From positions 52,824,001 through 52,888,000 of the forward strand of contig OX597819.1 in assembly GCA_951406725.2 (NCBI GenBank): 64,000 bases of DNA, in the 5' to 3' direction. The DNA is from Octopus vulgaris. Lineage: Eukaryota. Position 1 is the first letter of the stretch. Each line of letters starts with the position of its first letter. The notes beneath the pieces were generated by a model, which was given only the letters and a program-made list of their open reading frames with translations, was not told the DNA's origin and searched no databases. Shown here piece by piece: positions 51,806 to 63,545 of the stretch. The position numbers were made by a program, and so were the translations under genes.

Positions 51806-52035
51806 AAGGTGGCGAGCTGGCAGAAACGTTAGCCCGCCGGGCGAAATGCTTAGAGGTGTTTCGTCTGTTGTTACGTTCTGAGTTCAAATTCCGCCGAGGT
51901 CGACTTTGCCTTTCATCCTCTCAGGGTCGATAAATAAAGTACCAGTTTCGCACTGGGTCAATGTAATCGACTTAATCCCTTTTTCTGTCCTTGTTTGTCC
52001 TCTCTATGTTTGGCCCCTTGTAGGTAGTAAAGAAA
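51806..52035 (+). mobile_element. SINE family B, young full-length copy with TSD (reference copy)
   Basis: aaggtggcgagctggcagaaacgttagc..gagttcaaattcc..gcctttcatcc..gtaaagaaa. tatatatatatattaag is duplicated at 51792-51808 and 52036-52052. Confidence 0.95.
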
Positions 52036-52164
52036 TATATATATATATTAAGTACTTTCTACATCCTGTGTGTCAATTTATGTGTGTGAGTGCATGCGTG
52101 TATGTGTGTATGCACTTATGCGTGGGAGTACACATCCATGTGAAATACATACAATAAAATTGTT

Positions 52165-52362
52165 CCCAATTTAGGCACAAGTCCAGCAATTTCTGAAGTT
52201 GATTACATTAACCCCAATATCTGATCGTTATTTTATTTTAGACACCTCAAAAAGGATGTCGGGCAAAGTTGACCTGGTGAGATTTGAATTCAGAATGTAA
52301 TCAGTCAAATGAAATGTAACGTATTTTTCCAGTGCACTAAATGATTCTGTTAATCTCTGCCC
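52165..52362 (-). mobile_element. SINE family B, older copy
   Basis: aatttaggcacaagtccagcaattt..aaaggatgtcgggcaaagttgacc..atttgaattcagaatgta..gattctg. Confidence 0.75.
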
Positions 52363-52502
52363 TCAGATACAATATAATAAGTATTTAATATGTGGACTAT
52401 GCCCTTCATTAAAACTAATGAAGCTAACTCACATCACCTTTTTTCTAAATAAATTCTGAAAATAAAAGGAAATAAGGAAAATATAAATTTTACATAGTGA
52501 AA

Positions 52503-52719
52503 ATGCACTCATGCTGGCCCCACATAAAAAGCACCTGTGCTGGTGCCACATAAAAATCCCCCAGTCACTCTGTTAAGTGGCTGGTGTTAGGAAGGGCATC
52601 CAGCCATAGAAATCATGTCAAAACAGACAATTGGAGCCTGGTGCAGCTCTCCAGCTTACCAGCTCTTGTGAAACCATCCAACCCATGCCAGCATGGAGAA
52701 CAGATGTATGATGATGATG
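52503..52719 (+). mobile_element. Repeat family C
   Basis: Twin ccacataaaaa subrepeats, gttaggaagggcatccagccatagaa..aaaccatccaacccatgccagcatgg..gatgatgatg. Confidence 0.88.
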
Positions 52720-52904
52720 TAAAATGCTCCCATCTCTGAAGTCCTTAGAGGATTTTTAAGGGTGAGAGGGACTTAATATTGGTTTTATGGTGATGTTAAG
52801 GAGCTGAATCAAAACTTCTCACAAGACAGAAAGAATATCTTAGACAGCATAAACGAAATGAGCAAGAGTAGAATTAAGTGTGGAGTAGTGTATTGATGTA
52901 AAAG

Positions 52905-53140
52905 CAGATGGCCTACAGATTACTCACAATCGTAAGATCATGGTTTCAATACCTGGACAGTGCATTGTGTTTTGAGCAAAACACTTTATTTCATGTTGCT
53001 CCAGTTCACTCAGCCTTAGATGAGTTCAAGATTAGCTGGAAAGTTAACCCTGCAATGGACTGGCACTCTATTCATTGGGGAGTGTTGCTATCTCAGTCAC
53101 TTACATCCCAATGCAACCAGGTTATGGTCTGGCTTTATAT
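52905..53140 (+). mobile_element. SINE with family D head/core but a different tail
   Basis: tgtgttttgagcaaaacactttatttcatgttgctccagttcactcagc is shared with D; it continues with aaccctgcaatggactggc instead of the D tail. Confidence 0.7.
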
Positions 53141-53416
53141 GTCATGAGGTTCATGACAGACTTATATAACTGCACTAATACATGAAGATAATGTCTGCAG
53201 GTGAAAACTATAGAGATACTGAAATTGATCATGGAAGAACAAGGCTGTAATACTTCCAGTGACCATTTCCTTATGCTCCCTCTGTGCTTGTTCCTCCTCA
53301 TCTGAAGTCAGTTTCAAGTGTTAGCTATATATTATCGCTTTCCTCATGTATGTGATTCTTTTGAAATCCCCCACACATCTATTCCTGCTCAGTTTGTCTA
53401 TGTTCACTTTTCACTT

Positions 53417-54346
53417 CTATGTTAACCCTTTGAGCCCTGTCCTCCTGAACCTTATTTTACCATATACTTGGCATTCCACCAGTGCTACAGTACAGAAAAA
53501 AAATAAGCCATCCACTGGTAAACTGATGTTACAGGCTTCAAGAGTTGTGTATACGAGGCCTCATTTTTATCTTACTTAATACCACTAAGATTTATCAAAT
53601 TTTTCTACAAATATTCACTAATGTTTTTGGTTTTGAAATTTCATATGTGTCTTCAGAGTAGGAAGGATACATATAGAATAAAAATACAGTGGTTTCAGAA
53701 CATTCACCATGATTAAAAGTTGAAATACCATTCCCACATTACTGAGGATCTACACAGATGCAATGTTAGACATAGTGAAGTTTTTTTTACCACTGGTCGC
53801 TATGTTGTATTTGATAGAGACAAGTGACAAAAAGAGAGTGACCATTGTTAAGTTGTGAGCTGCATCCCTTTCTAGAGAGGTAAGAAAGACACGAAAAGGA
53901 CTATTTTATATACAAGCATCATATCAAATAAAATTTCTCTATCCACTTTGGTAGCAAAGTCAGTGAAGAACTCTACAACTGATGATGCAACAACAAAAAT
54001 CTCACTTAACAAATGTTTTAGCATTTTTAAAAACAAGAGCCATACTTATATTCAAAATATAATGGACAATATAACAATACAACAAATATAGATAATCTTT
54101 GGGTAACTTAATATCATAAGTTTTCTAAATAATTTGGTTTAGAGGAATCCCCATTTATTTTCCAGAGAGAGCCTAGTATCAAGATGAATTGCAAGCACCT
54201 GGGCTTGAACTTTTCAGCCCATCTATTCCAATCTTTATCTTTTAAATTAAAGTATTTATTAATTGTTAACTGAACAATTTCTTCATTCACTGATTAGTTT
54301 AAAAACTATGTTAACCCTTTGAGCCCTGTCCTCCTGAACCTTATTT
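53417..54346 (+). repeat. Perfect 41-bp direct repeat (53417-53457 and 54306-54346)
   Basis: ctatgttaaccctttgagccctgtcctcctgaaccttattt occurs twice, 889 bp apart, with unrelated flanks. Confidence 0.95.
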
Positions 54347-54457
54347 CAAATCAAAAATCAAATAGTCTAGTTTCACTCAGTTTAGAAAACCCCCACCAGT
54401 CTTGTTAGTAACAAGGAACTGAAGTCAAATAAATTAAATGACAAACACAACAAGAAG

Positions 54458-54725
54458 CAAGACTGTGTAGTTAAGAAATTTACTTCACAACCACGTGGTC
54501 TTACATCCAATCCTATTATGCATTACTTTGGGGGCAAAGCATCATCATCATTTAACATCCACCTTTTATGTTGGCAATGGATTGGACGGTTTGACAGGAG
54601 CTGTCCAGGCAGAAGACTACACCAGACTTTTGCATCTGTTTTGGCATGGTTTTTCAACTATTGCTTTAGGTCAACCAAGATCTTGTGCATAAAACTGGTA
54701 GGTGGAAACTGCATAGAAGACTGTT
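54458..54725. mobile_element. Family A head (plus) interrupted by a family C fragment (minus, ~54540-54652)
   Basis: The A head breaks at ttgggggcaaa and resumes at ttcaactattgc..tggtaggtggaaactg. The insert begins catcatcatcatttaacatccac. Confidence 0.7.
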
Positions 54726-55231
54726 CGATATGTTTGAGTGTACACACGCCAATGTGAGAACTTTCATTACCACTTCTTACATGAGATCATCAGAGTGAAA
54801 ATATGTGTTGCTACATTTACGTTCCCGCTTAAACATTACATCGCATAGCTTTGCACTACAGTATTGAGAAATAAAAACACCCTTTCTTGTAAAACAGGAA
54901 AGAGGTGTGACTTGCAGAGCTTTCGGCTATAAAAATACTGCCTCAAATAAGTACCTAGCCAACATATGCTAGCATAGAAAAAAGAACATAAAATAGATGA
55001 ACATATGTATTGTATATTGTATAACGAGAGAGAGAGAGTAAACAAACCTAAAACAAATTGAATCAAATAGTACTTTGGCAAAGGACCCATGCAACTCGTA
55101 TTTTAACAATTTATATACTATTTACACAGTTCTTCTGTGAAAAAATTTGTTGTATGTTGATAAACATTTATTTCAACACAGACATAATTATGTTCAGGTG
55201 GAAAGAAGGCTGACAAGCCATTCAATTAAGC

Positions 55232-55283
55232 CAGGGGTTCTCAACCATTTAAAAAAATCTATGGACCCCTTTGATTACTATTT
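55232..55283 (+). mobile_element. hAT-like terminal fragment
   Basis: caggggttctcaacc..atggacccc is a typical hAT/Charlie MITE start. It is truncated by the adjacent SINE and I found no partner end. Confidence 0.45.
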
Positions 55284-55510
55284 TACTCTTTTACTTGTTT
55301 CAGTCATTTGACTGTGGCCATGCTGGAGCACCGCCTTTAGTCGAGCAAATCGACCCCGGGACTTACCGCTAAGTGACGGGGACGTAAACACACCAGCACT
55401 GGATGTCAAGCAATGCTAGGGGGACAATCACACAAACACATACACACATATATATACATATATACGACAGGCTTCTTTTTAGTTTCCGTCTACCAAATCC
55501 ACTGACAAGG
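55278..55510 (-). mobile_element. SINE family A, young 3' portion
   Basis: CpG-rich: ttttactcttttacttgtttcagtcatttgactgtggccatgctggagcaccgcctttagtcgagcaaatcgaccccggg..ttccgtctaccaaatccact. Confidence 0.92.
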
Positions 55511-56415
55511 TATTTTCTCTCTCTCTCTCTCTCTCTCTCACTGAGCAAAACACAAATGCACAAAGAACAAATACACAGATAAGACAAAAATGAAAAAGCA
55601 GAAAAGATCAAAGAAAAGTCAACAAGCAGGGCAAGTTGTATGAGAAGAGTGGTCAGAAGTTGACACCATTTTCCTGTTGACATCTTTAGTCATAAATATC
55701 AGCTGGTGAACAAGTCCATAAAAATGGATAATATGATTGGTCAAGTTGTTGAGGTGAAGAGTGGGGAGGGGGTGGTTGCAACATCATCATCAACAGCAAG
55801 TACAAAAACTCTCAAAAGCAAAGCAAATAAGAAAAAAAATCATAAATTCTAGAGAGAAATGACTAGAGGGATTGGGATGGAAGGAAGAAGAAGAAGAAGA
55901 AAAAAATAACCTCCTAACAAAAAATAGAAAGACAAAAAAGGTCAAGAAATTATAGAGAAGGAATTTGAAGCATTCTCCTTGAACTGTACATCAACAAGTG
56001 ACAACATAAGAGGTGGATAATGTCAAAAGGTATAAAACACACACATACACGCATGCATGCACACACTAACAGATGCATTGCTAATAATAATAATTATATA
56101 AAATTCAAAAGCAACAGAAAAATATTCTTGCCAGACCTAAAGGTGACGCACTGCATTATTAAGATATTTTTCTAATATGTTTTTCTCTCCTTATGGACCC
56201 TAACAGCCACCCAACCCCACTGGATCCTGTTTATGATTTTATTTATTTCTTTATTTCGTTTTTTTTTTTTATTCTCCCCGCTCTCCTTATTAATAACTAC
56301 TTCTTTAGATTGAAATCTTGTATAAAAAGATAAGTGAGAAGTTTTTAAACTGTTCAGATCACCCCCCACCCTCCCCAATGGGAATCAATAATTTAAGAGG
56401 TGTACATGTGTGTGT

Positions 56416-56525
56416 GCAGGCATGGCTGAGTGGTTAAGATGTTTGCTTCCCAATCTTGTCTTTTGAGTTCAATCCCCCTTCAGGCATCTTGGGCGAATGT
56501 GGTAGACAGAAACTGAAAGAAGTCT
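56416..56525 (+). mobile_element. Family A head, deleted
   Basis: gcaggcatggctgagtggttaagatgtttgcttcccaa..gagttcaatccc..tcttgggc..ggtagacagaaactgaaagaag. Confidence 0.8.
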
Positions 56526-57299
56526 TTCTTTCTTTCTTGTTTGTTTGTATGTATGGCACGACACACACACACACACATACACACACATCTATTGCAGCCC
56601 CAGGTAAAAAAAAATGAGTGGAATTGATAGATTGAAACTGTACAGAAACTTGTTGTATACATATGTATTTGTGCATGTGTGTGTGTGTGTGAGAGAGAGA
56701 GAGACAGACAGAGAGAGACAGAAAGAGACAGACAGAGAGAGAGAGAATGTTGGTGTCATTTTGTTGACATTCTCTCGTGACAAATTTCCACGAAGCTCTG
56801 CGCTTTCAAAGACAAGCAAACACATATGCAAAGAGTTGGAGAGCTAATTTACTGAAAAGTTACAGAATCAGCCAACTTTATTCCTTTTTAACATTTATAT
56901 ACCTCTAACTCTTGATGGAACTTAAAAGTAGCTTAACCAAAATTTCAGCATGGTTACTGTAGTAAAAAAAAAAAATTGGTATTTTAAAATCTCAGCCATT
57001 TCCATATTAATATTTCTGATAGCAACCTGCATGAGATTGTCTCTTGTTTAATGATACAAAATTATCAGTTGTAAAGTGTTTATACAAAAATTTAAATGTT
57101 AAATTATAATTGCAATGAAAACCTTTGTCAAGTTATGCTCAAAGAACCATATTAGATGGCATATGAGATGCACCACCCCAGGTCCTATATGCATAGTAGC
57201 TTTAAATATTACATGCTTTAATGCACTACAAAAAAATTTTTCCCTGAATATGCTCTGCTGAAATTGGAGATTAATATTAATATGCTGACAAGAGGAAAG

Positions 57300-58755
57300 A
57301 CAATCAACACCAGGAAAGACTGGCAGATAATGTGGACTTACAATCCTCGCCTCGGTAACATGTAACAATTACCAATGAGAATGTCAGCCCCGTGCGTGAC
57401 TGAGAGTGGGGAGTTGAGAATCAATCAAACCCAGTTAATACAGAAATGACCTTGGACATGAATACGGCTATTCATTCGAACAGCGAACAAAGTGCAAACA
57501 ACTTTGGATACAAGCTGTGCTGTAGGACCTTTGCAACTGAGAGAGGCTCGAAGATTCATCAGGGGAAGACTTGTAAGAAGAGGATAGAGCAGTGTGGACC
57601 ATCTGATTGTGAAACACAGCAAATCATCCCTGGACTCAAACCACAGTGGATCGATAAATGTTACAGCAAAGACCTCTTCCTGATAGGAAACTGCAGGTTA
57701 GGAGACTGGTGCATCAGATAGTGCTCAGAGGAAACTGAGGGTTCTGTGGCCTGCTGCTAATGAGAAAGGAAGACATAGAGAGCTTGAGAACAAAATATGT
57801 CAAGCTCTTTATAAAATGACAAGATCTGCAGTGGAGAAACTGGGGAAGTTGACAAGTTCAATATATTACACAGGAAAGGAGTTATTTGGAGTGAAAGATG
57901 GTATTAAATTAGTGAAAGGAAAAGTGTGGACCAAGCAAGAGGATCAGGAAAATGAAATAATTCAGGAGGGAAAAGAGTAGGCAATGGCAAGACATCACGC
58001 CTACAAATCTTTTAAGATGGAATGTCTCAGAAAATAAAATATACAAATGTGGAAAGGTCAGAATCTGAAACATATTCTTTCTAACTGTTCACTGGCATTG
58101 ATTAGATATACCTGGAGACACAACCTCGTCTTTATGGTTACCTTCAATGTTATAAAGAACCAAATTGCTCTCATTAACAGTGGGTAAAAAACCATTGAAG
58201 GAACCAACCAGAGATTTCATTACCTTCATGTGCTCAGGACAGCAGATCCATTTCATGAAGAAGCGTTCTATGAGTGATGAAAAGTGGAACCTATTGGGAG
58301 GTGGCTGCAGATTTACCAGGGTGCCAAGCATTCTTTCCCCATCCCAGTTACAAAAAAAAACCGTATATTATAATGTGGTGTGAAAGAAAGAAAGTGGTAA
58401 ATGTAGTCAAGTTAACAGTCCCTCATGAAGATAACATAGACATCAGATGTAGAGGATTCATTTGACACAGTGTGAGGCAACTGTTGTTATCGCTAGGTCC
58501 AACTCATCGTAAATACCACCATGAGCAATATTCAAACTACAATGGAAAAGGCTAGCCAGTGGATTTGATTATAATTAAAAAAAGAGATAATGTACAATGG
58601 TTAGAAGAATATTGAGCTATATCTGATAATCAGTTGATCTAGCAAGTGGGGGTCTCATGTCAGTGGTGGGGAGAGGGAGCAGTGCACAAAAATGCTGTTG
58701 AGAGGTTGACACCAAAACAGCGCGCATTCTCTCCTGATGATCCAGTACACTTGTT
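57300..58755 (+). mobile_element. HERO-type (R2 group, RLE) non-LTR retrotransposon, decayed and lacking the RT domain
   Basis: In order: N-terminal Zn-finger remnant CCRTFATERGSKIHQGKTC (57518-57574); WPAAN (57747); TPTNLLRW..KCGK/LKHILSNCSLALIRYTWRHN knuckle (58000-58125); RLE segment WEVAADL..KPYIIMWCERKKVVNVVKLTVPHEDNID..CRGF (58290-58460); EKASQWI end and a 3' UTR. Confidence 0.88.
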
Positions 58756-60900
58756 GGTTACCGGTGTGCAGAGCTTTTGGCTGAAAGTACTTGCATGTGC
58801 AAGTTGTTTGAAAAATGTGCCATCAAAAACAGTGGGTATTTTCCCAAACTTCTTGAAATGCTTAGCTATTTTCAAAATTAATTGAAAACACAAGGAGATT
58901 ATTTCAGTTTCATATTTGGCTTGCAAAATTCTTGATGTGAACTCATGTTTTGAAACAGATTTTGTTGTGTTTTGGGGAGGGTCACTATGCTAATAATAAA
59001 CACATGCACTGGTTCTATTTCACTTCTTATTTATGCATCAGTTGGCTAACTATTTAACTATTTAATTGTTTGATTAATTGTTAGGTTAATCGATCAGTCT
59101 ATGTTTGTCAAGGTCCTTTCGGCACCATTTGCAACTTCTTCAATGAGATTTAATGAACATTCATATATTATTAGAAATATGTTTATAAAGTGGTTAAGCA
59201 GATCACACTGGGGCCAGCTTTAAATAAGTTTCTCTTTGAAGACAAATCTTTAAAACTGTATATATGACTAAATTATAATCTTTATTGTATAAAATAATAG
59301 TGTTGCATTTTAAAACAGTACTGTACTGTAAATCCCAGTACAGGGAAGAAGCAAGATTAATTTCATTAATTTTATAGTAGTACAGTCGAAACACTGGAAC
59401 AACACTCATGACCATTCAACATAACTGGAATCAACCGCTTTTATTTCAAAATTCAAAAATCTTTCAGAAAAGCTTTCTGATTTGTTTGGTTTTAAAAGAT
59501 AGCGAACAAACAAAAACAAAACAAAGTAAAAAAAAGAAAGTGAAGCTTTCTAATGAAATAAATCAAAAAGAAAAGAGCTTAAAGATTTAAAAGACTTGCA
59601 AACAATTGTAGCTATATTCCCGGAAGACATATTGGACTCGTTTCAAAAATTACAGACATCAGTGGATAATGTTTAAGTAATAGGTGTCTACATGTTGTTG
59701 TTATTATTATTATTATTACTATTATTATTATCATTATTATTATTATGCTTGGCAAGAATGAAAAGATATTAAATGAATTTACTCATTAAAGCAGAAGCAG
59801 AAACAAAAAAACAACAAAAGCAAACATTGGAAAAGTTCGACTCTTGATTAATTTAGCGACAGAATTTAAAATTAATTTTAAAATAGTCAGAATATGAAAT
59901 AATCTATTTAATAAGTAAATTAACAGAAGCATAACACTGAACAGGAAGTAAAACTAACTACAACCATTCCTACAACACACAAATACTAAAAATCTGATGA
60001 ATGTTTTGTTTCATCGAAGAAAATATCAAAACAATACATTAATATAGATGAAATAAGACTTCCATTTACACGTTGCGGAATTATACTCTAACCTGTGTTG
60101 TCACCCCACCTTATTTCTTCGTAATATGTGCTAAATCCTTTGAATAATAAAAGCAAAATTTAATTACGATAATTCAAGATTAAAAATTCAACAGAAAGTT
60201 TTCTGAACTTCTATATTAATGAAATTAACTCCATTTCTAGTGATATCAAGCTGACACTTTAGAACAACTAGAATCAAATTCTCCCTAACGTAATCAGGCA
60301 ACAAACTGATTGATCAATAATTTGATAAAGACACAGAGAAGAATAATCGAAATGCATAACATAATAAAAATCAAGGGGAAGAGGTTGTTGAAAGAAATAG
60401 ATTCCAGTTGAAAAATCTCAAGAGCCTTAAGTTTTAATCATGATTAAATAACAAGGAAAAGTGTCCTCCTTTTAAAATATTGACATCACAAGGAAATATT
60501 AAAAGTGATATACAAACTTGTTCTAGTTAAGATTTCAGATAATGAAATAATACATTCTTTACTTCGCTTCAGCTGAAACCAATACAAAATAGCAGGGAGA
60601 AAGAGAACATAATGAAATCATCTCAAAAACAATAAAAATAAAGGGGAGGGGAAACTTATCTAAGAATGATAAATCAATAATGAAATTTAAATATTTATCA
60701 AATATATAGACACAGCTATGGGAAACAATTTTGAAGTTGGTCTAGCTGGAAAGAAAATATACATAACTAGAGGTATGTAGGAAGAAACATATTTCACTAC
60801 ATTACAAACTGAATACATTACAAACAGCCTTCAACATTCAGCAAAATGAAACACATTTATACAAAGAATATTCATCAAGAGATCAACAATCAAAAATATG

Positions 60901-60945
<45 letters not shown>

Positions 60946-61354
60946 GCATATATTAGAGAGACATAGCACAGCGCGCACACACAGTCATATACAATTGGAA
61001 AACTGCTGGCATTTTGATACCAGGCAATTTGAAAAATGCAAACTATTTTTAATCAAAATTAATATAAAAACTCATACAACATTATGTTTTCTATATGTAT
61101 GTTTTATATATATTTAATATATTTTCTAATATGTATTATATATAATACATATATGAGTTTCTATAATACACATCTTTGCTCATTATAATCATAAGTTCAT
61201 TCATTATAGCTGCATTATATATGATGTGGTTCATCACTATAATCAACAAAATTTTTAATAATATTCTTTGTATCTTTGTATCTTGTTGTTGTATCTTGGG
61301 AAGGTCATTTTACCAACTGGTTCTATTTCACTTTATTATTATTATTAGTCATCT

Positions 61355-61570
61355 AAAGATGGCTAGCTGGCAGAATTGTTAGCATGCTGGACAAAATGTT
61401 TCGTGGCATTTGTTTGTTTTTTAGATTCTGAGTTCAAGTTCTGATGAGGTTGGCTCTGCCTTTCATCCTTTGGGGGTCAATAAAATAAGCACCAGTCAAG
61501 TACTGAAATCAATGTAATTGACTTACCCCCATCCCTCAAAAACCGCTGGACATTTGTCAAAATTTGAAAC
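61355..61570 (+). mobile_element. SINE family B
   Basis: agctggcagaattgttagcatgctggacaaaatg..ttctgagttcaa..gcctttcatcctttgggggtcaataaaataagcaccag..aatttgaaac. Confidence 0.88.
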
Positions 61571-62912
61571 ATTTACTATTAGTGAACTAGTTGACCAATT
61601 ATTCAGTTGGTTTCCAGAGTCCTTTTACCCCAATTTGCAACCTTATGAATGGTATGCTCCTTTTAAAAAGACAGTATACCATTGAAAAATGGCTTAATGC
61701 AAGTTGAAATAAATCAACATTAAAAAAAATTCAAGTAAACACCATTCACTGTGTTTTCATCATTTAGCTCTAACTTCCAGTCCTTCAGAACAAGAGACAT
61801 CACTTATTAATGAAACATTCAATTTTATATTTATCTGAACATATTAACAAATTTTTTTTTTTTTTACAATCTTTCCAGTTACAATTTTGAAATAGTCTAT
61901 CATCTAAGAGCTCTCGTTTTATGTAAACTTACTCAATAATGGTTGGAATTTTTGCCAAGTTCAGAAAAGAGTAGAAGACATTATCTATGTAATGTATAGG
62001 CTCCAAAAATGCATTTGGTGTTGGTAAACATATTTAAATATAGTCTAATCTCAATTTCAAAAGAGTTATTTTAATCACATCTTAAAATAATGAGAGACAA
62101 TATTTTGAACAACAAGGAGTACAACTGTTTAACCCTAGTTGGAGGTTTCATTAGTCATTACAGACTGAGCTGAAGTCTAATGTCCATTTGTATTTCTAGA
62201 GCCCACATCTATTAGCAGTATTCTGCTTAGTGCACAAAGTCGGCAAAAAGAAACCTCATTCCCATAACTATTTCAGAAGGCACACACCCCCGCGCACCCA
62301 GTGCATATATACCATTAAATTAAATTGAATTATTTGCAAACATGTTTATACTCAGATTTAAACAGATTTAAATATGTTAACATATATTTAATTTAATTCA
62401 GTTTAGTTAAGTTAAATTCTCCCCCATGGTGCCAGGCAGTGAATGACTGACTAGCAAACTACTTTTTCTTTGCATTCCACAGTTTAGAAAATGACAAGAT
62501 AATAGAATTAGTAAAAGTAGGATACTTAGGACATAAAAACAAAAGGGGAGGGTGGGGTGGAGGAGAAAGAAGCGGAAAAAGAAAGAAGGAAAGAAAAGAC
62601 TATGCTGATTCTTCATTTAAAACAGTTTGCAGCAGAAATATCAAACAGATACATAAAAGTCCTATTAAGATTACTAGCAATAATAGCAATATAAAACAAA
62701 AGCAGTGTTGGAGCAAAGTATTAATTTTCTTCATGAGGCAAGGCAGAAAGAGATTAAAAAACCTGGAAATTTCATGTAAGTGATTTAACAAAATAAATAG
62801 AGATAAAATAACATATTTTTTCACTGAATCAGTCATTCATTCACAATGCACAACATCAGGAAACTGACAGAAGGCAGTAGCAAACAGTCTTTTTTTTTTT
62901 AAACACACACAC

Positions 62913-62963
<51 letters not shown>

Positions 62964-63240
62964 TATTATATATGTGCAAACAAACAACTAGAGTGTTATT
63001 TCCAGCCAGCAGTTTTCAGCCCCTAACTACATAAATGGCCAGAGAGAGATAAGGGAAATGAAACACCAGCCACAAACTGTGACTGAACTAGCTAATCTCT
63101 GTTTCAGAGTTCAACGCCTTTAAACAAATTACTTTAAACAGGTTCAAAGAGAGCTTGATAAGGATAATGAATAGTTTATTCTAGAGAGATACAGTGTGTG
63201 TGTGTGTGTGTGTACATACATATATAAATATATTTATATA

Positions 63241-63545
63241 TACACATATGCCTGTGAGTGTATGTATATATATATATATATATAATATACCTACACACAC
63301 ACATAAATACACAAGTATATACATATACACAAACATTATTTTTTAAGCATGTATATAAACACACATGTGTATGTATACATCATATATATATGTATATATA
63401 CACATATGCCTGTGAGTATATATTATATACCTACACACTTACACACACACATATAAATACACAAGTATATACATATACACAAACATTATTTATAAGCATG
63501 TATATAAACACGTGTGTATGTATACATACATATATATATATATAT
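63241..63545. repeat. Tandem duplication of a ~158-bp low-complexity unit
   Basis: cacatatgcctgtgagt and ataaatacacaagtatatacatatacacaaacattattt.taagcatgtatataaacac each occur twice. Confidence 0.9.

Noticed and set aside
54200-54225. Mariner TIR-like word gaacttttcagcc matching 29680-29692
   Set aside because: Only a short direct match, with no transposase remnant or inverted partner recognised nearby.
58760-59060. Minus-strand ORF 58660-58926 and adjacent sequence as a DNA-transposon N-terminus
   Set aside because: It may be a decayed repeat, but I could not identify a diagnostic motif or TIR.
17852-60035. Other CTGATGA words as hammerheads (17853, 50588, 53979, 58734, 59994, and minus-strand 54787)
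   Set aside because: No properly placed stem II plus GAAA, stem III and UH could be built.
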